Of a DNA stretch of 64,000 bases, positions 9,439 through 19,700 are shown one piece after another. Numbering within the stretch: position 1 is the stretch's first letter; each line of letters starts with the position of its first letter. The notes below the pieces were generated by a model. That model did no database searches. It saw nothing but the letters and a program-made list of their open reading frames with translations, and was not told the origin of the DNA. Both the position numbers and the translations under genes were made by a program. This DNA is from Aequorivita sp. (GTDB lineage Bacteria; Bacteroidota; Bacteroidia; Flavobacteriales; Flavobacteriaceae): NCBI GenBank assembly GCA_048264505.1, contig JBLXDA010000007.1:9407-73406 (forward strand), written 5' to 3'.

Positions 9439-10020
9439 TTATTTAACGAAATAAATAAATAAAAACAGATAAATCCATACTATATCTACAAAATGCCAAA
9501 AAGTTGCAGCGAGTTCAACGCCAAGGGTTTTACCGTTGCTATATTTTTGTTTATAATGATTATAAATTACAACTAAAAGAGAAATTAGCCCTGCAAACAC
9601 GTGAGCAACGTGCAATAAAACAACCAAATATATAAAGGAGGTTGTAATACTACTTGTAGGTCCTGTAAAATTATAGCCGTTTTCAATTATTTCTGAAAAG
9701 CCCTTAAACTGAAAAACAACAAACAAAACTCCTAACACAAAAGTAGAAACTAATAACAGCATCCCTAAAGTGTTAGCTTCTTTTTTAATAGCCTTTAAAG
9801 CAAAATGAATTGTTGCACTACTCACTACTATTAGTACAAGACTAATGTAGAAAGCCGTAGGTATTTCAAAATTCGCTATCCAGTCTGGTCTTTCCTTACT
9901 TACCACATAAGCACTCGTAAGACCAGCAAAACTCATCGTTAAGCTAATAAGACCAAACCAGAGCATGTTTTTCTTTGCTCTATTTATCTTTAGCTCCTCA
10001 CTTCCTTGGGTTAAATCCAT
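9439..10020 (-). CDS. Heme-copper oxidase subunit III-family protein (short, 5-TM type)
   Basis: 193 aa with the motif FWHFVDIVWIYLF at the C-terminus. Confidence 0.8.
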   Translation of the reverse strand: MDLTQGSEELKINRAKKNMLWFGLISLTMSFAGLTSAYVVSKERPDWIANFEIPTAFYISLVLIVVSSATIHFALKAIKKEANTLGMLLLVSTFVLGVLFVVFQFKGFSEIIENGYNFTGPTSSITTSFIYLVVLLHVAHVFAGLISLLVVIYNHYKQKYSNGKTLGVELAATFWHFVDIVWIYLFLFIYFVK

Positions 10021-10062
10021 CTTTATTATTTCTTAATAGTTACCTAAAACACAATAGTTTGG

Positions 10063-10956
10063 TTATCGTATAAATTTATCTGCAACATAAATAATTTGCA
10101 ACAATGTAATATAACTAACGCTAGCAAGCATAAGCTGTTTTGCGGTTAATGCGGTTTTCTCTCTATACAATCTAACTGCATAATACATTAATCCTATTCC
10201 TAACAATCCTATTAACACTGCCGAAACTGGGGTTATATAGAGTTTTCCTGTAATTCCTAATACAGGAATAAGTGAAACTAATACGGTCCAAAGCGAATAT
10301 AAAATTATTTGTGTTGCTGTTCCCTTATCGCGTTTGCCATTGGGAAGCATAAAAAATCCTGCTTTTTTGTAATCATCAAATAAAAACCAACCTATAGCCC
10401 AAAAGTGTGGAAATTGCCAAAAAAACTGTATCATAAACAAGGTTCCGGGCTCTATACCAAATTCGCCTGTTGCTGCCACCCAGCCTAACATAAATGGGAT
10501 AGCACCAGGGAATGCACCAACAAATACAGACAAAGGTGTTTTTGTTTTTAAAGGCGTATAAAGGCTTACATACATAAATATGGAAATAGCCCCAAACATA
10601 GCTGTAACCGGATTAATACTATAAAGAACTATTAAACCAACAACAGTTAAAAGGCTAGCCAAAATAAAAGCAGAGCGCACAGACATCTGGCCAGCTGGTA
10701 GAGGCCTATCCTTTGTACGATCCATAAGCGCATCTAAATCTTTCTCTATAATCTGGTTGTAAACATTAGAAGCACCAACCATACAGTATCCACCCACACA
10801 CAATAAAAAAAGTGTGAAAAAATTAATTGTATCTGCTCCTAACAAATAACCTGCCACCGATGAAAAAACTACACTTACAGAAAGCCTAAGTTTTGTTATC
10901 TCGGTGAAATTCCGGATAAATGAAGCGTTGATAGATTGTGATTGTGTTACGGACAA
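10063..10956 (-). CDS. cyoE: Protoheme IX farnesyltransferase (heme O synthase)
   Basis: 297 aa polytopic UbiA-family protein (NQIIEKDLDALMDRTKDRPLP). The track start codon is TTG. There is no in-frame ATG near the N-terminus, so the exact start is uncertain. Confidence 0.88.
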   Translation of the reverse strand: MSVTQSQSINASFIRNFTEITKLRLSVSVVFSSVAGYLLGADTINFFTLFLLCVGGYCMVGASNVYNQIIEKDLDALMDRTKDRPLPAGQMSVRSAFILASLLTVVGLIVLYSINPVTAMFGAISIFMYVSLYTPLKTKTPLSVFVGAFPGAIPFMLGWVAATGEFGIEPGTLFMIQFFWQFPHFWAIGWFLFDDYKKAGFFMLPNGKRDKGTATQIILYSLWTVLVSLIPVLGITGKLYITPVSAVLIGLLGIGLMYYAVRLYREKTALTAKQLMLASVSYITLLQIIYVADKFIR

Positions 10957-10977
10957 GCTGTTTTATTTTAAGCGCTG

Positions 10978-10985
10978 CAAAGATA
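10978..10985 (-). promoter_or_regulatory. Candidate Bacteroidetes -7 promoter box TATCTTTG upstream of cyoE
   Basis: The plus strand reads CAAAGATA. It matches TAnnTTTG and lies 21 nt upstream of the predicted start. Confidence 0.4.
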
Positions 10986-11082
10986 CGCTTCCTGTATTTT
11001 CTTCACAATATAATATTGAGAATCTTATGCTTTTATTTTCAGATTTTTTAGTACATTAATCCAAATTTTTAACAAACAAGAC

Positions 11083-12063
11083 ATGATTTCAAAAATTATC
11101 TTAAATACCTTCTTTTTATTCTCAGTTTTAACAACTTTTTCGCAAACAGACACGGGAAAAAAAATGCATACGAAGCTTATAAAAGTGAGCAATAAAGTTT
11201 ATATGCTTCAAGGGAAAGGCGGAAATATAGGGTTAAGCTTTGGAAACGAAGGCATCTTTATGATTGATGATCAGTATGCAGATGGGATTGAGCAAATTCA
11301 AGAAGACATAAAAGCCGTGAGCGATAAACCAATTAAATTTTTGGTAAACACACATTTTCACGGAGACCACACTGGAGGAAATCAAGCCTTAGCAGAAAAC
11401 GGTACTGTAATATTTTCGCAAGACAATGTACGTACACGCTTAAAAGAAGTGTTGCAAAATGCAACAACCAAAATCACAGAAAAATCACTTCCTGTTGTAA
11501 CCTTTACAGAAGACCTTAGTTTTTATTTTAACAGTGAAAAAATCTTTATTTTTCACGTTCACGAAGCACATACAGATGGTGATGCAATGGTTTATTTTAC
11601 TCGTAGCAACGTTTTACACACTGGCGATGTTTTCTTTAACGGTAAATACCCATATATAGACACTGAACACGGCGGTAGCCTAAAAGGAGTTATTGCAGCG
11701 CTTACCAAAGCTTTAACCGTAATAAATGAAGACACTAAAATTATCCCTGGCCACGGCGATATAGGAACCCCAAAAGACCTTCAAAACACTATAAACATGT
11801 TAGAAACAGTTTATAAACGTATGAGCACTAAATTTGTAAGTAGAAAGACCGAAGCCGAAATTTTAGCATCAACAGAGCTCACTGAAGAATACGACGAACA
11901 AGGTTTTGGCGAAGGTTTTATAAACACTGAAGCCTTTTTAAAGATGGTTTATAGTGAAATCTCTAAAGAACGTAACCACTATAATGACCTAGACGAAAAA
12001 AACAAGGCAGCTCGTGAAAAAGTTGAAGAAATGATACGAAAGAGCAAAGAGAAAAAGGAATAA
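11083..12063 (+). CDS. Secreted MBL-fold metallo-hydrolase
   Basis: Signal peptide followed by the HFHGDH (HxHxDH) motif and downstream His/Asp ligands. Substrate not inferable. Confidence 0.85.
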   Translation: MISKIILNTFFLFSVLTTFSQTDTGKKMHTKLIKVSNKVYMLQGKGGNIGLSFGNEGIFMIDDQYADGIEQIQEDIKAVSDKPIKFLVNTHFHGDHTGGNQALAENGTVIFSQDNVRTRLKEVLQNATTKITEKSLPVVTFTEDLSFYFNSEKIFIFHVHEAHTDGDAMVYFTRSNVLHTGDVFFNGKYPYIDTEHGGSLKGVIAALTKALTVINEDTKIIPGHGDIGTPKDLQNTINMLETVYKRMSTKFVSRKTEAEILASTELTEEYDEQGFGEGFINTEAFLKMVYSEISKERNHYNDLDEKNKAAREKVEEMIRKSKEKKE

Positions 12064-12076
12064 ACTTAACCTATTT

Positions 12077-14167
12077 TTAAAAATCGTAATACCAGTTAAA
12101 TAAATCTGTTCTTATACCAAAATTAACCCAAGTAGTCTGATTTTCAAATACTGTTTCGGTATTAACTTCTGGACTAAAATCTCTATAAATAAGGCTACCA
12201 TAAATTTTTAAATTGGTAGCCGGATTTATTATATAACCCGCTTGCACTTCGGCGTGAAAAAAGTTTGTTGTATTTCCTTGAGCTAGCTCGTTGCCTTCTT
12301 CAGAAACACGATCATCTTCGGTACCATAAATATTTCCACCGTAGAAAAAGGAGTCTTCTTCTGTATTAAATTCAAAGCCTCGCTTAGCAACTATAAACTT
12401 AGCATCTGCATAGATTCTTCCCTTTTGGTAGCGTGCAATTCCAATAAATTCTGAAAAATTCGCCCCCAATGTATGCGCCATAGACTGATTGTTATGCCCA
12501 TAATTAAGTACCACAGTATTGTGAGAGTATGTATAAGGACGCACTCTGTTGTACTCTCCTTGTAAATACAGATTCTTTAAACCAAAGGCATTGTAATATT
12601 TTAACCCTAATTGATAACCCGTTTTATTTTTATAACTTCCTTTTCCTCCAAAAACATCACTGGACGAAAATTCGTCTATAATAAGTTGCCCGTATAGATT
12701 AAGCCTATCGTTTATCTTGTATTTTGTTGTTAAACCAATAAGCGCATTACCACCTCGAGAGCCTGTTGAAAATTCAATAGCCCTATAAAAGATGATAGGA
12801 TTTAAGTAATTCACATCAAAACCACGACCGTTGTCATTCTGCCAAATTACAGACTCAAAAAGACCTATATTAAGTCTTTTAGTGATATTGTAACTTAAGT
12901 AATGATTAGCCATATATTTTGTTCGAAATGATCCGTCTTCAGTAACTTCTGGACGCACATCGCGTAGCGACATCCAGGTATTGGTGTATTTTAATTTCCA
13001 AAATGTTGTATTAATTTTAAAGAACGGATAAGAACTTGCATTATCACTAGTTAACAAAGAACGATATCCATCGCCTAAAAAGGTTTTTCCATGCCCTAGT
13101 TGAATATTGAAATACTTTGAAGGCGTATACGATATATGTCCTGTAGCTATAGGGTAATCATAAGAATCTGTATTAAACTCCTTTGCGATACCGCGGCCCG
13201 GTATAATTGCTGGATTACCACCATCTGGGCGTATAGACTCTGCATAGCGATTAAAATAATCTGCAAAGCGACCTTGACTTTCATAAACAACACCAAAGAA
13301 ACTAATTTGTTTCCCTATCCCTCCTTGGGTATACACCAACCTGGTATTATTATAAGTATCTATGTCTGCTCCTGTATCTTTACCCGCTTGTAGGTCTACC
13401 CCAGCATCTAGTGTTAGCCAATAATCCTCCCCTTTAATAGTCACTAGGTGCTCATTCCAAAGTTTACGTCCAAACCAAGAACTTTTATCTTTTAATATTT
13501 CTTGATTGGCAGCTTCAAAATCATAGTATTTATTTACTTCGGAATAGATATATGGTTTTTGAGCTGTATGATTGTTAAGCCCTACCCTATTTAATGCTGG
13601 GTCAAAAAGACTGTAGTTATGGTGAGAAAGCGGAATGTTTATATTACTACGATACTCCTCATTATTATACGGAAGGTTTTTAACTTGGTCGTATTCTTCG
13701 GTTAACAGCTCTCGTTTATCTATTTCTTGGAGCTGCTCAGCTAGCACTATACTTTTGCCTGGCGCCACTAAAGGAATGGCTATAGGTAGCGTAAACTGCA
13801 CATAAGCAGGGGACCCATTATAAGTTGCAGGGGTAATTTGCGGAAGTGCCTCAAACACTCTACTCGCTTCATTTTTTAATTCGTCGTAGATAGCATCTAC
13901 ATAAAGCACTTTAAAGTCGCCTTTTTTGGTTACTTCAAAAAGAACATTCACATTGCCTTTATAATTTTCAGCAAAGACAATTTCAGGCACTTTAAAATTT
14001 TCAAATATGAATTGCTGCAGTGTGTTATCAAAACAATTTTCTAGCGCATCGACCTCTGCATTTGCACATTCTTTAAAAACCGGATATTTTTCATATTGAG
14101 CCGAAGGCTGTTGAGCCATAGAAACTAACGAAAAACCGAAAATAAAAAGATAGATTAAATGTCTCAT
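12077..14167 (-). CDS. Outer-membrane beta-barrel protein (Wzi/RemB-like?) with an N-terminal TonB-C-like domain
   Basis: 696 aa. Signal peptide, then a ~110 aa domain homologous to the C-terminal domains of the two upstream TonB-like proteins. The rest is an aromatic/Gly-rich region with alternating beta-strand pattern, ending in ...NWYYDF. The family name is tentative. Confidence 0.5.
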   Translation of the reverse strand: MRHLIYLFIFGFSLVSMAQQPSAQYEKYPVFKECANAEVDALENCFDNTLQQFIFENFKVPEIVFAENYKGNVNVLFEVTKKGDFKVLYVDAIYDELKNEASRVFEALPQITPATYNGSPAYVQFTLPIAIPLVAPGKSIVLAEQLQEIDKRELLTEEYDQVKNLPYNNEEYRSNINIPLSHHNYSLFDPALNRVGLNNHTAQKPYIYSEVNKYYDFEAANQEILKDKSSWFGRKLWNEHLVTIKGEDYWLTLDAGVDLQAGKDTGADIDTYNNTRLVYTQGGIGKQISFFGVVYESQGRFADYFNRYAESIRPDGGNPAIIPGRGIAKEFNTDSYDYPIATGHISYTPSKYFNIQLGHGKTFLGDGYRSLLTSDNASSYPFFKINTTFWKLKYTNTWMSLRDVRPEVTEDGSFRTKYMANHYLSYNITKRLNIGLFESVIWQNDNGRGFDVNYLNPIIFYRAIEFSTGSRGGNALIGLTTKYKINDRLNLYGQLIIDEFSSSDVFGGKGSYKNKTGYQLGLKYYNAFGLKNLYLQGEYNRVRPYTYSHNTVVLNYGHNNQSMAHTLGANFSEFIGIARYQKGRIYADAKFIVAKRGFEFNTEEDSFFYGGNIYGTEDDRVSEEGNELAQGNTTNFFHAEVQAGYIINPATNLKIYGSLIYRDFSPEVNTETVFENQTTWVNFGIRTDLFNWYYDF

Positions 14168-14222
14168 TGAGCTTTAAGTGTTTTAGCCCGAAAGATACCA
14201 CTTTTTTGGAACGTCAAGATTC

Positions 14223-14257
14223 AAAAAGAGCTCCTATTGTAATAAGAGCTCTTTTTT
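14223..14257 (-). terminator. Hairpin terminator after the TonB-like gene
   Basis: Stem aaaaagagctc/gagctcttttt with a 12 nt loop. A/T runs on both sides make it bidirectional in form. Confidence 0.6.
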
Positions 14258-14272
14258 AGTGTGTAAAAATTA

Positions 14273-15058
14273 TTAGTAAACATTAAAAACAATGGGAACT
14301 GTATAAATAACATCTACATTTTTATCTCCTTGTCTTCCGGGTTTCATAGTTGGTAAGTTTGCAATTACTCGCTGTGCTTCTTTTTTTAAATTAGCATTAT
14401 GAGAGTTGGCAACAACTTCTGTAATATAACCACTTGCGTCTATCTTAAATTTTACATAGATTTTATGCGCTTGGCCTGGCTCGAGGTCTTCCAACACAGA
14501 TTTTCTAAACTTACTATTTATAAAATCATTTATTTTTGAAGACATACAATCTATCTTTTCGTTATTAGAAGCAAGAGATTCACAACCTGGATACACCGGT
14601 ACAAACTCTACATTTAACAAAGACTTTGTTTCAACAGCTTCCGTAGGAGTTTTAGTAACAGCTGGAGTAGCAACTACTGGAGCTTCAATAACGGGTGCAT
14701 CTGTTGGAGCAATATTTGTTTCTATTGCAGGTGAATCGTCTTTTTTAACATCAAAAACCGAACTACTCACTACCGTTTTTGTAGGTAATGGTTTTACTTC
14801 AACCTTTTTTGGTTGCTCTATAGGTTTAGGTTTTTCTATGTCTAGAACGTAATCTATCATAGGAGGATCCTTAACTGTAGTTGGAGTTATATATCTTGAG
14901 CTTGTCTTTTTGTACTCAAAGTTTGTTTGCATTACAAAAAACACAAATAACATACTCACAATAACACCTAATTGAAAAAACAACCGTGAATTCCACTTAA
15001 TGTTAATTTGCTTTTTAAACGCTCTTTTGTTTATAGTATTCTTGGCATCTGTTTTCAT
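14273..15058 (-). CDS. TonB-family energy-transducer-like protein
   Basis: 261 aa: N-terminal TM, Pro/Lys/Val-rich spacer, C-terminal domain with the PVYPGCE...C motif. Confidence 0.75.
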   Translation of the reverse strand: MKTDAKNTINKRAFKKQINIKWNSRLFFQLGVIVSMLFVFFVMQTNFEYKKTSSRYITPTTVKDPPMIDYVLDIEKPKPIEQPKKVEVKPLPTKTVVSSSVFDVKKDDSPAIETNIAPTDAPVIEAPVVATPAVTKTPTEAVETKSLLNVEFVPVYPGCESLASNNEKIDCMSSKINDFINSKFRKSVLEDLEPGQAHKIYVKFKIDASGYITEVVANSHNANLKKEAQRVIANLPTMKPGRQGDKNVDVIYTVPIVFNVY

Positions 15059-15112
15059 AATTAAAGTGTTTTAAAAGGTTACACTTATAGTATAACAATT
15101 GCTATGCCAAAA

Positions 15113-15152
15113 CAAAAAAAACCCCGTCTTTAGAGTAAAGACGGGGTTTTTT
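15113..15152 (-). terminator. Strong bidirectional rho-independent terminator
   Basis: 11 bp stem ccccgtcttta/taaagacgggg (15122-15132 and 15136-15146), 3 nt loop, A-run upstream and T-run downstream. Confidence 0.8.
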
Positions 15153-15168
15153 AAAAATATAAATTTCT

Positions 15169-15891
15169 CTATTGAATATCGAATACGATAGGTAATGAGT
15201 ACAATACCCCAACTGGTTTTCCTCGTTGCATACCAGGAGTCATATTAGGTAATGAATTTACCACATCTGTAGCTTCTTTTTCAAGTCTTGGGTGTGGCGC
15301 ACGAGCACGAACACCTACTACTTTCCCACTTTTGTCTATTTTAAACTGAACTGCTATACGTTGTCTTCCTTCTAAACCAAGATCTGACGCTAGGTTAGAG
15401 TCGAATTTCTTGTTAATGAATTCACTAATTTTAGAAGACATACATTTTTTCTTTGCATCGTTTCCTTTTTCTTTTTCACATCCAGGGTAAACTGGTACGT
15501 TTTCAATTACTGCGAAAGGTACATCTGCAATTTCCTCTTCTACCACTTCTTCTACAATCTCCTTAACCTCTACAATTTTTTCTTCTTGATTGGTTTCAGT
15601 AGATTCTATAATGGTTTCTTCCACATCTTCTTCATCTTCAATAACGTCAATCACCTCTGGTGCTGGCGGTGGTGGTGGCGGTGGTGGTGGTGGAGTAAAC
15701 TGTTGCGTTAGTGGAACATCTTCCTCTAATTCATCGCCTAGGTCGAGTTGGCCGTAGTCGTTATCAGATTTATCATAAGATTTCCATTCAATTGCTTGCC
15801 ACGCAAGAAAAAGCATTACAACCATACCAAGCTGAAAAAATAACATGCTTCTACGGCTTACGTCTGCTTTCGGATTTTTTTTGGGTTCCAT
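15169..15891 (-). CDS. TonB-family energy-transducer-like protein with Pro10 tract
   Basis: 240 aa: N-terminal TM, acidic region, PPPPPPPPPP, Glu/Val-rich linker, C-terminal PVYPGCE...C domain. Confidence 0.8.
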   Translation of the reverse strand: MEPKKNPKADVSRRSMLFFQLGMVVMLFLAWQAIEWKSYDKSDNDYGQLDLGDELEEDVPLTQQFTPPPPPPPPPPAPEVIDVIEDEEDVEETIIESTETNQEEKIVEVKEIVEEVVEEEIADVPFAVIENVPVYPGCEKEKGNDAKKKCMSSKISEFINKKFDSNLASDLGLEGRQRIAVQFKIDKSGKVVGVRARAPHPRLEKEATDVVNSLPNMTPGMQRGKPVGVLYSLPIVFDIQ

Positions 15892-15957
15892 AATAGTGGG
15901 TTTAACTTGTTGCTAAAATATAGAAATTATCGTTTAATTTAAAACTTAATTAAAATT

Positions 15958-16356
15958 TTAAGCAATTAATTTATTTTTTATGCTTTTAAAAAAATAGATT
16001 CCTAGTACTGAGCCTATTAAATTTGCAGCGACATCAAAAATATCTGCACTGCGGTTATCTGTAAATAACCCTTGAATAATCTCAACTATTATGCCATAAA
16101 GCAATAATGAAACTAAGAGGGCTAAAATCCACTTAGTGTTAAGTTGAAAGTCTTTTTTTAAGTATAAATACAACAACCATACATTTGCTAAGATAAAGTA
16201 TATAAGCGCATGAATTACTTTATCTGCTCCTGGCAATCTTGTATTTGGTAGATCTTGGCTCGGTAAAAAAAACAATATTGTTATAACAGTACTGTATAAT
16301 ACCGCTATAAACAAAACCGTTTTACCCTCCAATAATCGCTTTATATGCATCTGCAT
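15958..16356 (-). CDS. VanZ-family membrane protein
   Basis: 132 aa, 4 TM helices. The track start overlaps the gcvH 3-prime end by 35 nt, so the exact start is uncertain. Confidence 0.65.
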   Translation of the reverse strand: MQMHIKRLLEGKTVLFIAVLYSTVITILFFLPSQDLPNTRLPGADKVIHALIYFILANVWLLYLYLKKDFQLNTKWILALLVSLLLYGIIVEIIQGLFTDNRSADIFDVAANLIGSVLGIYFFKSIKNKLIA

Positions 16357-16702
16357 CTAATAATTCTGCAAGTTCTTCAGGGTTTGAAAACTTCATTTTA
16401 ATCATCCATCCCTCTCCGTAAGCATCGCTGTTTACCTTTTCTGGCTCAGATTCTAAGTTTTCGTTAAACTCAAGAATTTCTCCAGAAAGTGGCAAGAATA
16501 AATCTGAAACTGTTTTTACTGCTTCTACAGTTCCAAAAACCTCCCCAGACGCCATTGTATCGCCTACAGTTTCTATCTCTACATACACTATATCGCCAAG
16601 CTCACTTTGAGCAAAATCTGTTATTCCAATAGTAGCAATATCGCCATCAACACTAATCCATTCGTGATCTTTTGTGTATTTAAAATTAGTTGGTACGTTC
16701 AT
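16322..16702 (-). CDS. gcvH: Glycine cleavage system protein H
   Basis: 126 aa with the lipoyl-lysine motif VEAVKTVSD. Confidence 0.95.
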   Translation of the reverse strand: MNVPTNFKYTKDHEWISVDGDIATIGITDFAQSELGDIVYVEIETVGDTMASGEVFGTVEAVKTVSDLFLPLSGEILEFNENLESEPEKVNSDAYGEGWMIKMKFSNPEELAELLDADAYKAIIGG

Positions 16703-16729
16703 AATAATTAATAATATATGTGTTTTTAT

Positions 16730-19700
16730 TTAGTTTCCAAAGTTATACCTTAAAGTGAAACCACTTCTAATAGTTGTCTGTGGGAATGCTGTAGAAATAG
16801 CATATTCAGAAAAGGTATGATCGTAATAGAATAAAGCAGTTAAGTTTTTACTCAATGCATAATCTACTGAAAGTTGTGCACCGTAAATAGTCTGCCCTGC
16901 AGTAGTTTGATTGTTTAATAAATCTAAATACCTAACTACAGTAATATTATCTCTTCTAGAAAGATCTAGCTTAAAGTTTAAATCACTGGTGATTACAGAT
17001 TTTTTGCCTCCAAAGTTAGTTCCTATTCTAAGATCTTTTATACGATACCCAAAACCAATAATGTATTCGTTTCCTTTAATTTCAGTTAGCAAGTTATTTG
17101 CAAAACTTAATGATAAAGCGCGATCCTTACGCATTTCGGCAAGTATCTTAATAGAGTTTTGCATTTCAAAATCTATTCGTAATAATGGTGAAAACTGCTC
17201 TGTTAAGTTTACGTTAGTCAATAAGGTTTTAACCTTAAAGTTACCTGCTTGATCTACTGCTTCAGGATTGGTAGTATCGTAATCTAGGTTAGACTGAAAC
17301 TGATTAACAGTATAACTAGCACGATACCCATGGGCAAGTGAAAAACGTTTAAAGTTTTTCTTAAACCAAGGAATGTTCATTAAACCGGTGTACTTAACAT
17401 CCCAATTAGGAAGTGGAATATTTCTAAAAATTCCGGTTTTTTCTTTAGAAGCATTACTGCCTTTATAAGCCGCAAGGAACGACGGAAGCAATACATCCTG
17501 ACTGTTACGTCCAAAACCTACTGGGTAACCTAAACTATCTCTTGGAATTGCTCTTCCTTGATAGTGTTCTTCGGCTAAACGGTTTGCTACGGTTAATCTG
17601 TTGTCTTTAAAATCGTCAAAGGCTGCAGAACTATTTTCATCACTAGCACTAAATGCTGTTTTAATTAAAACCGTAGATATATTAAAGTTTCCGAATGTAT
17701 TAGGTGTTAACGATCTGTATAATTCATCGCTTACAATATAGTTTTCAGAATAGTTTTCAGAATAAATCCTGCTTCCATTAATGTCTATTGTTAAATCGTT
17801 AATTGGTTCTAGATTAGCCTGAATATCCATCTGGCGACTTTCTACTTCGGTATACTGCTCGTTAAATTCTGGATAAAGTGTAAGCCAGCCTTTTCTTGCC
17901 GCTAACTCTCTTACGTCTGCTTGACTACCAAACACAAAACCGGTTGATGGCTTTAAGGTTCCTATAAAACCAATAGATGGCAAATAACCCGGCAAGTAAA
18001 TACCGTTGTTTTCTTGATAGTTAAATTGTACTTTCTTAACCATAGTAGCTAAGCCAATAAGCGAATTTATGGCTTTATCGCCAGCGTTTAAACCACCACC
18101 TGCACCAGCACCATTAGCTAAAAGTTTTGGTGAATTAGAATTATTTTTTGTCAGTGAATTGTTATTCTCTTTTTCTAACTTTCCTTCTCTACTTTCTTTT
18201 TTATCATCTCCATTAGAATTATTTCCAGATGATTTTTTAGGCTTGCTCTTCTTAATTTTCGTAAGTCCAATATAACGGTAAAACCCATTCATATCTAGAC
18301 TAGAGTTAATTTGATGCGTACTAGCATTCTGAATAGAATTACCTAAGTTGTACACGTTTGTACTTCCATCACTCAACTCTATTTCTATTTCGTTAAATTG
18401 GGTACTACCACGCTGCCACTGGTAATCGCCAGTATAAGAGTAGGTAGCTCTAAGGAATTTTAAGAAAGGGAACTTGTTAAATGGTAAATCGTAATTTAAC
18501 TGAAGCGATTGAAAATGCTGATCTGGACTACCCACATCAAAGAAACCATCCCAAATACCAATATCATTGTTTACCAAACCACTATCGTCTAGATAATTGT
18601 TTACAATCATATTATTTGAAGACGTAAAGTTAAAACGCAACGACTTCGTTAAATTATGGTTTATGGTGTACTGCCAATCAAAAAGATAATTACGTTGGTA
18701 TAATGTAGGCAGCCCTATATTTCCTTCTAATAGGTTTATTTCTCTAAATTTCTGCTCGTTGTACTGACGTGTAATATTTGAGCTTACCGAAATATTTGTA
18801 GGCAGATAATTAAAGTTGAAATCTTTCATAAACTGCCAGTATTTACTTCTAAATAAAGAATCATTCTTTTTAAAAGGCTCAACTGGTTTTGCCGTAAAGT
18901 TGTAGTTATAGGTTCCACCTACACGTACATTTTGTTCAAGTGCATCTTCAACTTCAAAATCGTGGTGATCTGTCTGGTTGTATGAGAAGGATGCTGTAAA
19001 GTTTTCTACATCATAAACTCTTGGTTTTTTATCACCAGTTCTTTCTTTTCGCACACCTATAAAGTTTACACTTTGGCGTTTGGTATAATCTACAGCCTGA
19101 TTTTTAATTCTATCTTTTTCGGCTTCATCTGCTGCATTGTCTAATCTTGCATCAAGCTCTATATCCTGAAACTCGGGATCGTATTGAGGTGTAATAAGCT
19201 CTTCGGAACGTCCGTAATTAAATGGCAATTGAATACCCCATTTTTTCGGAAGTAATTGTCCTAAGTTTACATTAGTAACAACTCCGTATTGTTGTAAGTC
19301 TTCACGACTACGCTCATTAGGACCTTGTTCAATTGAGCCAAAACCAACTGTACTACGTTTACCTGTAGCACTTACGGTAGCAAAGTCTGCAATATTAGCA
19401 TCCATATTAACAACTGCAGCCCAACCTCCTTGGTTTTTAAGCTCAGACATTCTTAGCTCGTTAAACCAAACCTCTCCACATAAATCGCTATTGGTACTGT
19501 TTTTAACACCAAGCATAATGGTTCTAACATTCCCAAAACTAGGATTTCCTTTTATACCTATCGTAAGTTCGTTATCACCTCCAGAAATTCCGCCTTCAAG
19601 TTCAGATTGTGTATAGTACACAACATCTGTAGAGTTTAAAGGGGTTCTGGTTTTTACTTGCTGTAACAACTCTAAAGGAAGGTTTAGCCTATTTACTTCT

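Noticed and set aside
11083-12063. Considered calling the secreted MBL-fold protein a metallo-beta-lactamase resistance enzyme.
   Set aside because: Only the generic HxHxDH superfamily motif is visible. The length (326 aa) and the C-terminal K/E-rich tail do not match the known flavobacterial subclass B1 or B3 enzymes I can recall. Substrate assignment would need a homology search.
16703-16729. Possible glycine riboswitch upstream of gcvH.
   Set aside because: Only 27 nt separate the sprA stop and the gcvH start, which is far too short for a riboswitch aptamer.
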